Source: Eledone cirrhosa (lineage: Eukaryota). From it: DNA of 64,000 bases. The DNA is taken from the NCBI GenBank assembly GCA_964016885.1, contig OZ024758.1, positions 7,626,001 to 7,690,000 of the forward strand, in the 5' to 3' direction. Under the pieces are notes generated by a model. That model saw nothing but the letters and a program-made list of their open reading frames with translations. It had not been told where the DNA came from and searched no databases. The translations under genes and the position numbers were made by a program. Below, piece by piece: positions 1-11,990 of the stretch. Positions within the stretch are counted from its first letter, which is position 1. Every line of letters starts with the position of its first letter.

Positions 1-477
1 ACCTCACACACTTACACCTCTCCAAGACAATGTCACTGGACTGTGATCTTTGGCGCTACACAGTCATACAGAAGACCCGCCTTGCCTAAGTACAAAGCGA
101 AACCTACAGTCAGTAGGCACCTCTAACAAAATACACCCCCATCCCACTACCCCCACCCCATCCACACCACCCCTTTAAATGTGAAGTTTTGTTGGTACCA
201 CAACATCCAGGCCGAAACAAATGAGATCGTGTAGGTGTCACGACAAAAAAACACACAGTCCACGCTGTAATGTGGCCGTGTAGGCAACACGGTAAAAAAC
301 TCCCAGTCCACACTGTAAACGTGGTTGGTGTTAGGAAGGGCATCCAGCCGTAGAAAACCCGCCAGACAGTCCTATGCGAGCAGGACAACAAATCTTGCCT
401 CAAGTGGGAAAACTCCCGTCCAAACCCATGCTAGCGTGGAATATGGACGTTAAACGATGATGATGATGATGATGATA
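1..477 (+). mobile_element. 3' end of an RTE-clade LINE (ORF end, 3' UTR, (GAT)n tail)
   Basis: Positions 3-89 translate LTHLHLSKTMSLDCDLWRYTVIQKTRLA*, an RTE-like C-terminus (DRxxWR-type). The UTR contains GGTTGGTGTTAGGAAGGGCATCCAGCCGTAGAAA and ends GGACGTTAAAC(GAT)n, the same 3' end as SINE family A. Confidence 0.7.
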
Positions 478-489
478 TATACTTTATAT

Positions 490-590
490 CATCTCTATTC
501 ATTTTATTATATATATTTCGAAGATGTAAAATTTTATGTATAACATTAAGCAAAACATGTCCTCTTCAGACAAAATACATACGAGATGTA
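490..590 (-). ncRNA. Type I hammerhead ribozyme motif (Penelope-like, palindromic stem III)
   Basis: Minus strand reads TATTTTGT-CTGAAGA-G...C-GAAA-TATATA-TA-ATAAAATG. Stem I extends with TAT/ATA and ATCTC/GAGAT. Stem II is GGACATGT/ACATCTTC. Predicted cleavage is between 508 and 507. Confidence 0.65.
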
Positions 591-646
591 TAATTTTTTC
601 ATGATATGCTGGTAGCCAACGAGCTGGATAGATCGGTGACCACCAA

Positions 647-648
<2 letters not shown>

Positions 649-699
<51 letters not shown>
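649..699. repeat. (TA)n microsatellite (one of many in the window)
   Basis: Pure dinucleotide run. Confidence 0.95.
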
Positions 700-702
<3 letters not shown>

Positions 703-1214
703 CAAATTTGGACGTTAACAAAACAGAGAGGCAGACAAATAAAGGTTTATTAGGTTCACGCTCTTGATATATATATATCATCGTTGTTTTAACATCCCCT
801 TTCCCTGCAAGCAAGACAGGATCACCTGACCCAACTTGCCTCAAATAGGACAACCCGTCTAACTCATGTCAACGTGGAAAATGGACGTTAAACGATGATG
901 ATGAAATTGATAACAATGTCAGCCATCTTTGTTTATAGTTGCCTGAACAGAAACTATGCAGGTATACATTGTACATATGTACAATGTATACCAAATGCAC
1001 AGTTGGAAACCAATGGTAGCGATGCATATGTGTTGAGGACATTAACCATAATATATACATATATATATACTGGTATCTACCTGTGGTAGGGCCAATAACA
1101 TTGTTAGAACTCCATGCAGTCTTGAAGAGATGGTTTCAATGAGATCGTGTAGTGAGAGCTATAGTTTTTGTTGTACACTTTCATTGCATAAAATTCTAAT
1201 CGAGCTTCAGAGTC

Positions 1215-1328
1215 ATAAATCCCGCCGAGGTTAACTTTGCCTTTCATCCTTACGGGGTCGATAAAATAAAGTACCAGTAATGCACTGGGATAATTGTTGG
1301 CCTTGTGCCAAAAAGTAGAAACAATTAT
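1215..1328 (+). mobile_element. SINE family B, 5'-truncated
   Basis: AAATCCCGCCGAGGTTAACTTTGCCTTTCATCCTTACGGGGTCGATAAAATAAAGTACCAGT...GTAGAAACAATTA, shared with about 10 copies in the window. Confidence 0.85.
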
Positions 1329-1519
1329 TTATAACACATGATATCTGTCAAAATACTTTCTAGAATATTCCACAACTAAAATATTGTAAATATTTAACAC
1401 TAAAGAACTACCGGCCTCAACACTAAAGAATTATCGGCCTCAACTATAATAATTCTCTTTCATGTTTTCTATAATCACTACCAAACTAAATTATGATGGC
1501 TTTGTTCTAGCTATCAAAA

Positions 1520-1876
1520 TATCTATCTATCTATCTATCAAAATATCTATCTTCAGACTTCCATTGAGATTCCTGCTTTGTTGTTGTCCTAAGGTAGATG
1601 CATTGGTAAATATATATAAATAAATAGATAAGTAGATAGATATGTTTCTTTTTATAGACAGATAAGAAGGCAGATAGATAGATATATAGACAGATAGACG
1701 AACAGATAGATAGAGAAATAAACAGATATATATATAGATGAACAAACAGATAGACAGATAGACAATCATACAAATAGATAGATAGAGAAATAAGCAGTCA
1801 GATAGATAGATAGATAGATAGTCAGATGAACAGACAAACATATAGAAAGAGAAATAGACAGATGAACAGACAGATA
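1520..1876. repeat. Degenerate GATA/GACA microsatellite
   Basis: (ATAG)n/(ACAG)n mosaic. Confidence 0.9.
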
Positions 1877-2669
1877 TTTAACATTTATGAAAAGCAACAG
1901 ACTGAAAAGAAGTACCTTCCTCAACTATATTTTCTATGAAGAGGTAGGAAGGGGAGATAAATAATAAAGAAAACTGAACAAAAAACTAACTGTAAAGAAT
2001 AGAAGATAGACTTGAGATGACATCGAAAGATGACAAGAGATAATGTCAAAAGTGAGACAGAGAATAAACCGAGAGGGAAGGGGCAAAAGGAATGGGAGGC
2101 AACGGGAGCTACATGTAGAAATAAGTGTGTGGCTTAGTGGTTAAGGTAATGGACTTGGATGAAGGTCAAGGGTTGGATTCCTGGACTGGTTGGTGTGGCA
2201 TGTTGCAATCTTGAGCAAGTTTCTTCATTTTATATTGCGTCTCATGGCAAGGTCGGGTTTCCTATCATAAAACAATTGAGAAACCTCCTATGAGTTGTAA
2301 CCTCATAGAAAGCCAGCAAAACTTTCATGAGTGTAAGCTGTAAACTTCATTTCATTTCAAACAGAGATATTTTTGCAAGGTTGCAAAGAACAGTAAAAAT
2401 GAAGAGACAGGATGTGTCAAAAGGAATTGTCTGATTTTATTTACAATTTTTACAAATGTTCAATATGTAAATAACTTTATAAAAATTCATAAAAGTTATG
2501 AATAAAACTTTATATTCAGACACATGTAGTAGAAGTTACCACATGATTTTATGGTATTTTGTTAAAAAGATACATCCTTTTGAAATATACCATTTTGATA
2601 CATCCTGTATTATATAAATATTTTGACTATGAACAAACCTGTGATTGAAACTAACATACACAAGAAAAA

Positions 2670-2890
2670 TGAACTTTTTATTGCCATATTTCTAAATCAT
2701 ATAGCCTATGATTTTTAAATAATTCATAATTTAGACAGATTTAGTAATATTTAATAAAACTGGAGTTTGACACATAACAAATGAAAAATAAGATGAAATA
2801 TTTTTAGATAAATATAAACACTTGAAAATAAACAGTTTTATATTACAGAACCAAGGGTGGTTTCTGGTGGTTTTGTATCAAAAGAGTTAA
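2670..2890 (+). mobile_element. MITE family E (piggyBac-type, TTAA), diverged
   Basis: Matches the family consensus (CCATATTTCTA...TTTAGTAATAT...TTTAGATAAATATAAACAC...GTATCAAAAGAGTTAA). Confidence 0.65.
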
Positions 2891-3426
2891 AGCATTAGTT
2901 TTACATTAATATACAAGTGTTTGTACAAACACAAACATATAAAACCCAATCATCTATTTTCTTTCTCTTAAAGGGGTAAAACAAGACTCCCCTCCACCAA
3001 ATAAGCTAAGAATTATCAATTCTATTTGTGGTATATGTAGAAGTATTTTTCTTTCCATAGTCTGAGTGTATCTTTCATCTCACTTCCATCTACCTTCTAA
3101 ACATTACTATTATCATTTTCTCATTTAGATGCCAAAGCCTCCATATCTAGCACAATAGATTTAGATATAATTTTGAAAAATATATTTGTCATTGTCAGTG
3201 GAATAATGCAATAAGGAAAGAAAAAGAGTAAAAATAACAAAACAACTAGAATCTTCTTCTAAAACTGACTGCAGTGAATGAAGGAAATGTCAGAGAAAGA
3301 GAGTAACATTTGTGATAGATAATACTTTACTTCTAACATGAACTCTGGACCAGTGGACCTTTTACATAACAGCTGTTGTTGCTTTACTGATTAGCAGCCA
3401 ATCTTAGGTGATGTATATATGTGTGC

Positions 3427-3503
<77 letters not shown>

Positions 3504-3506
3504 AAT

Positions 3507-3539
<33 letters not shown>

Positions 3540-4674
3540 CTGATAACAAATACATTCACTTATAGAGAATAAAATGGAATGGATCTCAGTCAGTTCTCAT
3601 GTTGAGGGTTCCAGTTGTTCAATCTAGAGAGCAACCTGCTGTAAAATTCCTGTGCAAGTGGCTGAGTATTCTATAGACACTTGCACACTTAAGTGTAATT
3701 CTCAGGGAGATTCAACATGGCACACGGTGTGACAAGACTGGTCCTTTAAATTATAGGAGTTCCAGTCTACCTGGCTTCCAAACAGGTACAAATCCTACTT
3801 CACTCACATGGCTTCACTCAACACTATGGTAAATGATGTCCACTACCATTTTACAAGGTGGACTGGGTGCTTTTTTTTTTGTCATGGTACCAGAGTGGAC
3901 CTAGTGCTATTTGTTGTGACACCAGTAGATCTACCTTTCGTATAAGTTATTCTTAAAATCAGGCGTGATAAAATAGAAATTCAAACTAGTCACCGGAAGC
4001 AGCTTAAATAGTAACACCAGTAGACAATAAACAGAAAATATGTGTCTATATACATATATAGAGAGAGTTTTCAACTTGGGTGATGAATACAACCACAAGG
4101 ATATGGTCCAAACATCGAAGAGCCGAACTCCCACTGTCATTGCTTCCATCTCTCTGTGTGGTGAGCAAATGGGGTCCCACATGCTGACAGTGGACTGGGT
4201 ACTCTTTGTTTTTGTGGTACTAGTACAACCCATACAGGATGGACTGAGTGCTTTTTTGTTTTGGCACAAGGTCTGTGAGAAAGTGTGTTTGGCTTTGGAC
4301 AGGAAAGGTGTATGAGAGGTGGTAGTACCTAGAAAGAAACAATGTAGAGGTGTGAAAGGGGGAAGGGTGGGAGGTATACCTCATCTTCATTGTTCGACAT
4401 ATATTTTCCCAAGGGCCCTCTTGGACCAGACAGGCTGTAACATGGCCAGACAGGAGAGCATGTATTTTATAAAATATACGATAACACAAGGGTAGACATT
4501 AAGGTGAATTTGGCTGCTATTTCTAGCAAGTCAAGCAACTGTGGAAAGACTTCCTCAGCTTGTAAGAGAAGTATTATATTTATAGTAGAGTTCCGATAAA
4601 TGTAATATTGCACTGAAATTTATGTCTGGTTTCACTATATGGTACGATAAGATGATAGCATAGATAGCAATCAA

Positions 4675-5105
4675 TGGTGGTGGTGGTGGTGGTAATGGTG
4701 GTGGTGGTAGTGGTGGTGATGGTGGTATTGATAGTGATGGTGGTAGTGTTGATGGAGGTGGTGTTGATGGTGATGGTGGTGGTGGTAATGTTGATGGTAT
4801 TGATGATGATGGTGGTGTGGATGGTGTTTGGTGATGGTGGTAGTGTTGATGGTGATGGTGGTGGTGTTGATGGTGATGGTGGTGGTGTTGATGGTGATGG
4901 TGGTGGTGGTAATGTTGATGGTGATGGTGTTGATGGTGATGGTGGTGTGGATGTGGATGGTGTTTGGTGATGGTGGTAGTGTTGGTGAGGATGGTGGTGT
5001 GGTTAGTGATGGTGGTGTTGATGGTGATGATGGTGGTGTGGATGGTGTTGATGTGGTAGTGATGGTGTTGATAGTGTTGATGACGGTATTGTTGGTGTTG
5101 ATTGG
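4675..5105. repeat. (GGT/GAT)n trinucleotide tract
   Basis: Low-complexity triplet repeat; source of the poly-V/G/H/P ORFs. Confidence 0.95.
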
Positions 5106-5562
5106 TTGTATTGGTAGACATGTTAAGTATTTTTAAACAACTGTATCATACTACAATTTACTGAGCAAAGTTGAAAGTTTATTTTTTAGTTTCAAACTAA
5201 TTCTAAAACAAAACAAAACCAGAAAATAAACATCAAAAACAAACAAAAAACTACAGTGTGAAGGTCACACAACTGAAACAGAAAAATAGAAACAAAAATA
5301 AGTTCTGCCAAAATTGTTAGAATTTAAAATATTCACCAATTGTTGAAATAATATTTTTGTATTTTTACTAATTTAGAATTTAAAGACTTCATTCTGAAAT
5401 TATCTTTGAAGTAAATTATTTAGTTTAAAAAATATTTCTAATTAGCATGTGTGGTTAAATTAAGCATCTCAACAATTGACAAATTATTCCAATAAAAATA
5501 GCCATTTAGTCTGTTATCTGACACTGTCACTTCATAGTGTATCTTGAGTAAAACTAATAACA

Positions 5563-5690
5563 TACGAGGATCAAATGAAAAGTTCATAGGCTGACCAAGA
5601 TACTCTCATGGAATGACCAAATGAGGTTTATTTTTTCAACTTAGTCTCTAGAAAGAAACAATGCAAGTTATTCATAACAAGAGTTGAAAT
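5563..5690 (-). mobile_element. MITE family C (mariner-type), truncated by minisatellite
   Basis: Starts TA-CGAGGATCAAATGAAAAGTTCATAGGCTGACC. It is the reverse complement of the copies at 10631 and 24424. Confidence 0.8.
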
Positions 5691-8600
5691 AGACAGTAAC
5701 AACACTGTAGCTACCATAGACAGTAACAGCACTGTAACAACACTGTAGCTACCATAAACAGTAACAACACTGTAGCTACCATAGACAGTAACAGCACTGT
5801 AGCTACCATAGACAGTAACAACACTGTAGCTACCATAGACAGTAACAACACTGGCTACCATAGACAGTAACAACACTGTGGCTACCATAGACAGTAACAA
5901 CACTGTGGCTACCATAGACAGTAACAACACTGTGGCTACCATAGACAGTAACAACACTGTGGCTACCATAGACAGTAACAACACTGTGGCTACCATAGAC
6001 AGTAACAACACTGTAGCTACCATAGACAGTAACAACACTGTGGCTACCAGAGACAGTAACAACACTGTAGCTACCATAGACAGTAACAACACTGTGGCTA
6101 CCATAGACAGTAACAGCACTGTAACAACACTGTGGCTACCATAGACAGTAACAACACTGTGGCTACCATAGACAGTAACAACACTGTGGCTACCATAGAC
6201 AGTAACAACACTGTGGCTACCAGAGACAGTAACAACACTGTAGCTACCATAGACAGTAACAACACTGTGGCTACCATAGACAGTAACAACACTGTAGCTA
6301 CCATAGACAGTAACAACACTGTAGCTACCATAGACAGTAACAACACTGTAGCTACCATAGACAGTAACAACACTGTGGCTACCATAGACAGTAACAACAC
6401 TGTGGCTACCATAGACAGTAACAACACTGTGGCTACCAGAGACAGTAACAACACTGTAGCTACCATAGACAGTAACAACACTGGCTACCATAGACAGTAA
6501 CAACACTGTAGCTACCATAGACAGTAACAACACTGTGGCTACCAGAGACAGTAACAACACTGTAGCTACCATAGACAGTAACAACACTGGCTACCATAGA
6601 CAGTAACAACACTGTAGCTACCATAGACAGTAACAACACTGTGGCTACCATAGACAGTAACAACACTGGCTACCAGAGACAGTAACAACACTGTAGCTAC
6701 CATAGACAGTAACAACACTGTGGCTACCAGAGACAGTAACAACACTGTAGCTACCATAGACAGTAACAACACTGGCTACCATAGACAGTAACAACACTGT
6801 AGCTACCATAGACAGTAACAACACTGTGGCTACCATAGACAGTAACAACACTGTGGCTACCATAGACAGTAACAACACTGTGGCTACCATAGACAGTAAC
6901 AACACTGGCTACCATAGACAGTAACAACACTGTAGCTACCATAGACAGTAACAGCACTGTAGCTACCATAGACAGTAACACTGTAGCTACCACAGACAGT
7001 AACAACACTGTGGCTACCATAGACAGTAACAACACTGTGGCTACCATAGACAGTAACAACACTGGCTACCATAGACAGTAACAACACTGTAGCTACCATA
7101 GACAGTAACAACACTGTGGCTACCATAGACAGTAACAACACTGTGGCTACCATAGACAGTAACAACACTGGCTACCATAGACAGTAACAACACTGTAGCT
7201 ACCACAGACAGTAACAACACTGTGGCTACCATAGACAGTAACAACACTGTGGCTACCATAGACAGTAACAACACTGTGGCTACCATAGACAGTAACAACA
7301 CTGGCTACCATAGACAGTAACAACACTGGCTACCATAGACAGTAACAACACTGTGGCTACCATAGACAGTAACAACACTGGCTACCATAGACAGTAACAA
7401 CACTGTAGCTACCATAGACAGTAACAACACTGTGGCTACCATAGACAGTAACAACACTGGCTACCATAGACAGTAACAACACTGTAGCTACCATAGACAG
7501 TAACAACACTGTGGCTACCATAGACAGTAACAACACTGTGGCTACCATAGACAGTAACAACACTGTGGCTACCATAGACAGTAACAACACTGGCTACCAT
7601 AGACAGTAACAACACTGTAGCTACCATAGACAGTAACAGCACTGTAGCTACCATAGACAGTAACACTGTAGCTACCACAGACAGTAACAACACTGTGGCT
7701 ACCATAGACAGTAACAACACTGTGGCTACCATAGACAGTAACAACACTGTGGCTACCATAGACAGTAACAACACTGTGGCTACCATAGACAGTAACAACA
7801 CTGGCTACCATAGACAGTAACAACACTGTAGCTACCATAGACAGTAACAGCACTGTAGCTACCATAGACAGTAACACTGTAGCTACCACAGACAGTAACA
7901 ACACTGTGGCTACCATAGACAGTAACAACACTGTGGCTACCATAGACAGTAACAACACTGTGGCTACCATAGACAGTAACAACACTGTGGCTACCATAGA
8001 CAGTAACAACACTGTGGCTACCATAGACAGTAACACTGTGGCTACCATAGACAGTAACACTGTGGCTACCATAGACAGTAACAACACTGTGGCTACCATA
8101 GACAGTAACAGCACTGTAACAACACTGTGGCTACCATAGACAGTAACAACACTGTGGCTACCATAGACAGTAACAACACTGTGGCTACCATAGACAGTAA
8201 CAGCACTGTAACAATACTGTGGCTACCATAGACAGTAACAACACTGTGGCTACCATAGACAGTAACAACACTGTGGCTACCATAGACAGTAACACTGTGG
8301 CTACCATAGACAGTAACAACACTGTGGCTACCATAGACAGTAACACTGTGGCTACCATAGACAGTAACAACACTGTGGCTACCATAGACAGTAACACTGT
8401 GGCTACCATAGACAGTAACAACACTGTGGCTACCATAGACAGTAACAACACTGTGGCTACCATAGACAGTAACACTGTGGCTACCATAGACAGTAACAAC
8501 ACTGTGGCTACCATAGACAGTAACACTGTGGCTACCATAGACAGTAACACTGTGGCTACCATAGACAGTAACAACACTGGAGCTACCATAGACAGTAACA

Positions 8601-8862
8601 CTGTGGCTACCATAGACAGTAACAACACTGTGGCTACCATAGACAGTAACAACACTGTAGCTACCATAGACAGTAACACTGTGGCTACCATAGACAGTAA
8701 CAACACTGTGGCTACCATAGACAGTAACAACACTGGAGCTACCATAGACAGTAACAACACTGGAGCTACCATAGACAGTAACACTGTGGCTACCATAGAC
8801 AGTAACAACACTGGCTACCACAGACAGTAACAACACTTCTTTGTGGTTATCATAGACAGTAA
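5689..8862. repeat. 27-bp minisatellite (~3.2 kb; 24- and 25-bp variants)
   Basis: Unit CTACCATAGACAGTAACAACACTGT(G/A)G, roughly 120 copies. Confidence 0.97.
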
Positions 8863-9499
8863 GAATTAAGAAAGAATGAGAGATGTGGAGTGGCAAATTA
8901 ACTAAAAACTGATGAAGAGTTGAGAGTGTCTTAGAGTGCCAAAGTTTTTCATTGTTACAGGCAAATATAAAACCTCTTGTCTGAATAACAGTTTTTCAAG
9001 TGGATTCTTGGTAAAATAATTCCACATAATTCCAGGAAAGACAGAAATATGACCTTTCCCTTCTTCCAGGAAAAGGAAAAAAAAAGAGAATGCAGACAAT
9101 AAAAACAACTTATGCCATTATTCTGGTCCAAGCCTCCCTGGACTTTGTCCAGCGATGTATAGAATTTTATTACAGCTTACACAACTGCTAATTTCATTGT
9201 ACCTTTTAGAAGTGATGCTTATATCAAGCATGCACCATCACTTTCTAATAAAAAAAGCAGCATGGTATGGATGATATTTTCATTAAGTGTTTATTCACAG
9301 AAATGCGAAGAGAGTGGAACAGAAAGCAAGAATAAAAACAGTGCATCTTACAAAAGCCAGGCCCGCAAGAAGAAATATATTTACTTTTAAACTATTACCA
9401 TTAGATAGGCCTACATAATCTTTATAGAAAGGTTGAAAGAGAACATTTATTCTAGGTACCAATTATGCCAGAATGCACAGATGCACATACACAAACATG

Positions 9500-9525
9500 T
9501 CTGTGCACATATATACACATATGAA

Positions 9526-9559
<34 letters not shown>

Positions 9560-9723
9560 CACATGAATATGTGTGTGTGTATATATACACATATAAATAT
9601 GTATATATACACATGAATATGTGTGTGTATATATATACACACACATATAAAAATGTATATATACACACACACACACACACATGAATAGGTGTGTATATAT
9701 ATATACACACGTATGAATGTCTG

Positions 9724-9759
<36 letters not shown>

Positions 9760-10062
9760 TCCTACTCGTTCCTATTACCCATTCTACTACCCTAAGTATT
9801 GAGTACTTTGGTGCGTTATGGTCCACCTGGTTCCTTACCACATTTCCTTTGTGTGTATATATATATATATACACACACACACAAAAATGTGTGTATATAC
9901 ACATACAGTATATGAAGGACACATGAATGTGTGTGTGTATATATATATATATATACACACACACACATACATACACACATCCATGTGTGTGTATATCCAC
10001 ACATATGAAGGTGTGTGTGTATATTCACACAGATATGACTATGTGTATATATACACACACAT
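9500..10062. repeat. TA/TG/CA microsatellite mosaic with an embedded family G fragment (9758-9852)
   Basis: The fragment TATTACCCATTCTACTACCCTAAGTATTGAGTACT...GGTCCACCTGGTT matches 48307-48385. Confidence 0.8.
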
Positions 10063-10285
10063 ATCAAAATGGCACCCAGCAGGGCAATAGCCAACCAGAA
10101 TGGCTCTTTATTTCTTTTGTTAAATCCATTATCACAGCTACTCACAAGAAAAAAAAAAAAAAACCCTATTTCGACTATACTTTATCCAATATTAAAAGAT
10201 TATACAGAATAATTAGCATCATTAAGAAAAATGGCCACACAGCACCCTGTGTTATAATAAAACACTCAATTACTATTCCAATACA

Positions 10286-10588
10286 GATGCTAAAGCTGTG
10301 AAATCTTACATGTATTAATTTCAACATGCTTTGCAGCAAAATGCTACGGCCCTTTATGGTCTGAGTTCAAATCCCGCTGAGGTTAACTTTGCCTTTCATC
10401 CTTAAGGGGTCGATAAAATAAAGTACCAGTAATACACTGGGAGAATTGCTGGCCTTGTGCCAAAAGTAGAAATAATTAATTTCAACTCTTCTTATTAATA
10501 ACTACATTGTTTCTTTCTGGGGACTATGTCCAAAAATAAATCCCATTTAGTCATTCCATGAGAGTATCTTGGTCAGCTGACCCTCGTA
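10286..10588 (+). mobile_element. MITE family C interrupted by SINE B
   Basis: The MITE body is split by a SINE at 10326-10474; right end ...CAGCTGACCCTCG-TA. Confidence 0.85.
10326..10474 (+). mobile_element. SINE family B with 12-bp TSD
   Basis: TSD ATTAATTTCAAC at 10314-10325 and 10475-10486; B box GAGTTCAAATCC. Confidence 0.9.
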
Positions 10589-10630
10589 TGTATAAAGAGA
10601 AATTCCAGATGCTACCACACAGGATATATA

Positions 10631-10832
10631 TATGAGGGTAGGCTGAAAAGTTAATACACTGACTATAAATGAGTGATGCTAGAGCTGTGGAATCTTGCAT
10701 GCATTAATTTCAACTCTTCTTATTAATAACTGCATTGTTTCTTTCAAAGGACTATGTTGAAAAATAACCCTCATTTGGTCATTCCATGAGAGTATCTTGG
10801 TCAGCCTATGGACCTTTCAGTCGACCCATATA
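10631..10832 (+). mobile_element. MITE family C (Tc1/mariner-type, ~200 bp)
   Basis: TA-flanked, with ~30-bp imperfect TIRs TGAGGGTAGGCTGAAAAGTT...ACCTTTCAGTCGACCCATA. Confidence 0.85.
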
Positions 10833-11444
10833 AGTCTTGAAGCAAGGACTGTTTCTACCAATAACTGCAACTTCTCATACCAACACTGCCAAATTCTCAG
10901 AATCTGATCTTGGCAAAATCATTACAATTCTAAATCCCAAGAAAACACAAGTGAAATAACATCACAGATCCACCCCAAGCCTATGCATGCACTAAAAATT
11001 TTGATCCACCGAGACTATAGGAGTTCTCTCCCTTGGCTGGTTTTCTAGCTTTTGGCATCCCCAAAGGGAGCTTTGGCCTTGAAATGCCTGTCACTGTTGG
11101 TTTAAGTTTTTCCATTTACCTTTATTCAGAATATGAACCTCTACTTGCACACATACACACACACAAATGTGTATTCTTTCCCTGGTAAAACTTTGTTTAC
11201 CTTCCACATGAATGCTAAAATCGTATGTTTATCAAAAATGGTATACGTTACATTAGAAAATATAAAGATGTATATATGTTGAATTGTGATAGCTGGAATG
11301 CCACTCAAATGATATTTTTCAACAGACAGAAATGTACAGAACCAATGATTCAACATTACGCGGAACAGGATTTTAAAATGACAGAGAACACAAAATGGTA
11401 AATGCTAAGCAGCACAACTGAATCTATACAATGTCTGTAGGAAC

Positions 11445-11990
11445 TTAATCCTTTCATTACCATATTTCTAATGAAAGACATTGCTTATGACTTTCAAATT
11501 ATTTTGAAAATAATCAAGTATTTGGAGTGATTTAGTAATATAAGTAACTTTTTTAATTATCAAGCTGGTGTTTGGAACATAACTGAAGAAAGATTGTTAC
11601 ATGAAATTATGATGGAAGTTTTTTAGATATATAAAAACACTTTAAAACAGTTTTTTTTTAATTTTATTTTAGACCCAGGGGTGATTGGAACCTAACACAG
11701 GTTCTTACATAAAACTATGATGGAAGGTTTTTTTAGATAACTCTAACCCTTTAGCATTTACATTACTCTATATATACTATTGTATTTTCACGGTAAAGGC
11801 TTTATCTCACATAATATCAAATCTGAGATTTTGAAATTCTTTATTTTGAGAACAATACCTTAACATCAGTATGAGTAGCTGGTTACGGCCAGTTTGAACA
11901 GAAAGAGGTGAGACAATTCTGGCTGGATACAGCCAGTTTAAATGCTAAAGGGTTAAAACAGTTTTGTATTTTAGAACCAGAGATGGATAA
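11445..11990 (+). mobile_element. MITE family E carrying a nested family D MITE
   Basis: Starts TTAATCCTTTCATTACCATATTTCTA and resumes after the D insertion with AACAGTTTTGTATTTTAGAACCAG. Confidence 0.75.
11743..11956 (+). mobile_element. MITE family D (piggyBac-type, ~210 bp)
   Basis: TIR CCCTTTAGCATTTA / TAAATGCTAAAGGG, flanked by (C)TAA and TTAA. Confidence 0.9.

Noticed and set aside
4555-5136. His/Pro/Val/Gly-rich ORFs (also near 21746, 45012, 56046 and 57114)
   Set aside because: These are translations of tri- and dinucleotide repeats, open in several frames on both strands.
5628-8896. Long ORFs (VATIDSNNT / VVTVYGSHS repeats)
   Set aside because: These are translations of the 27-bp array; the 25-bp units break the frame repeatedly and there is no unique coding flank.
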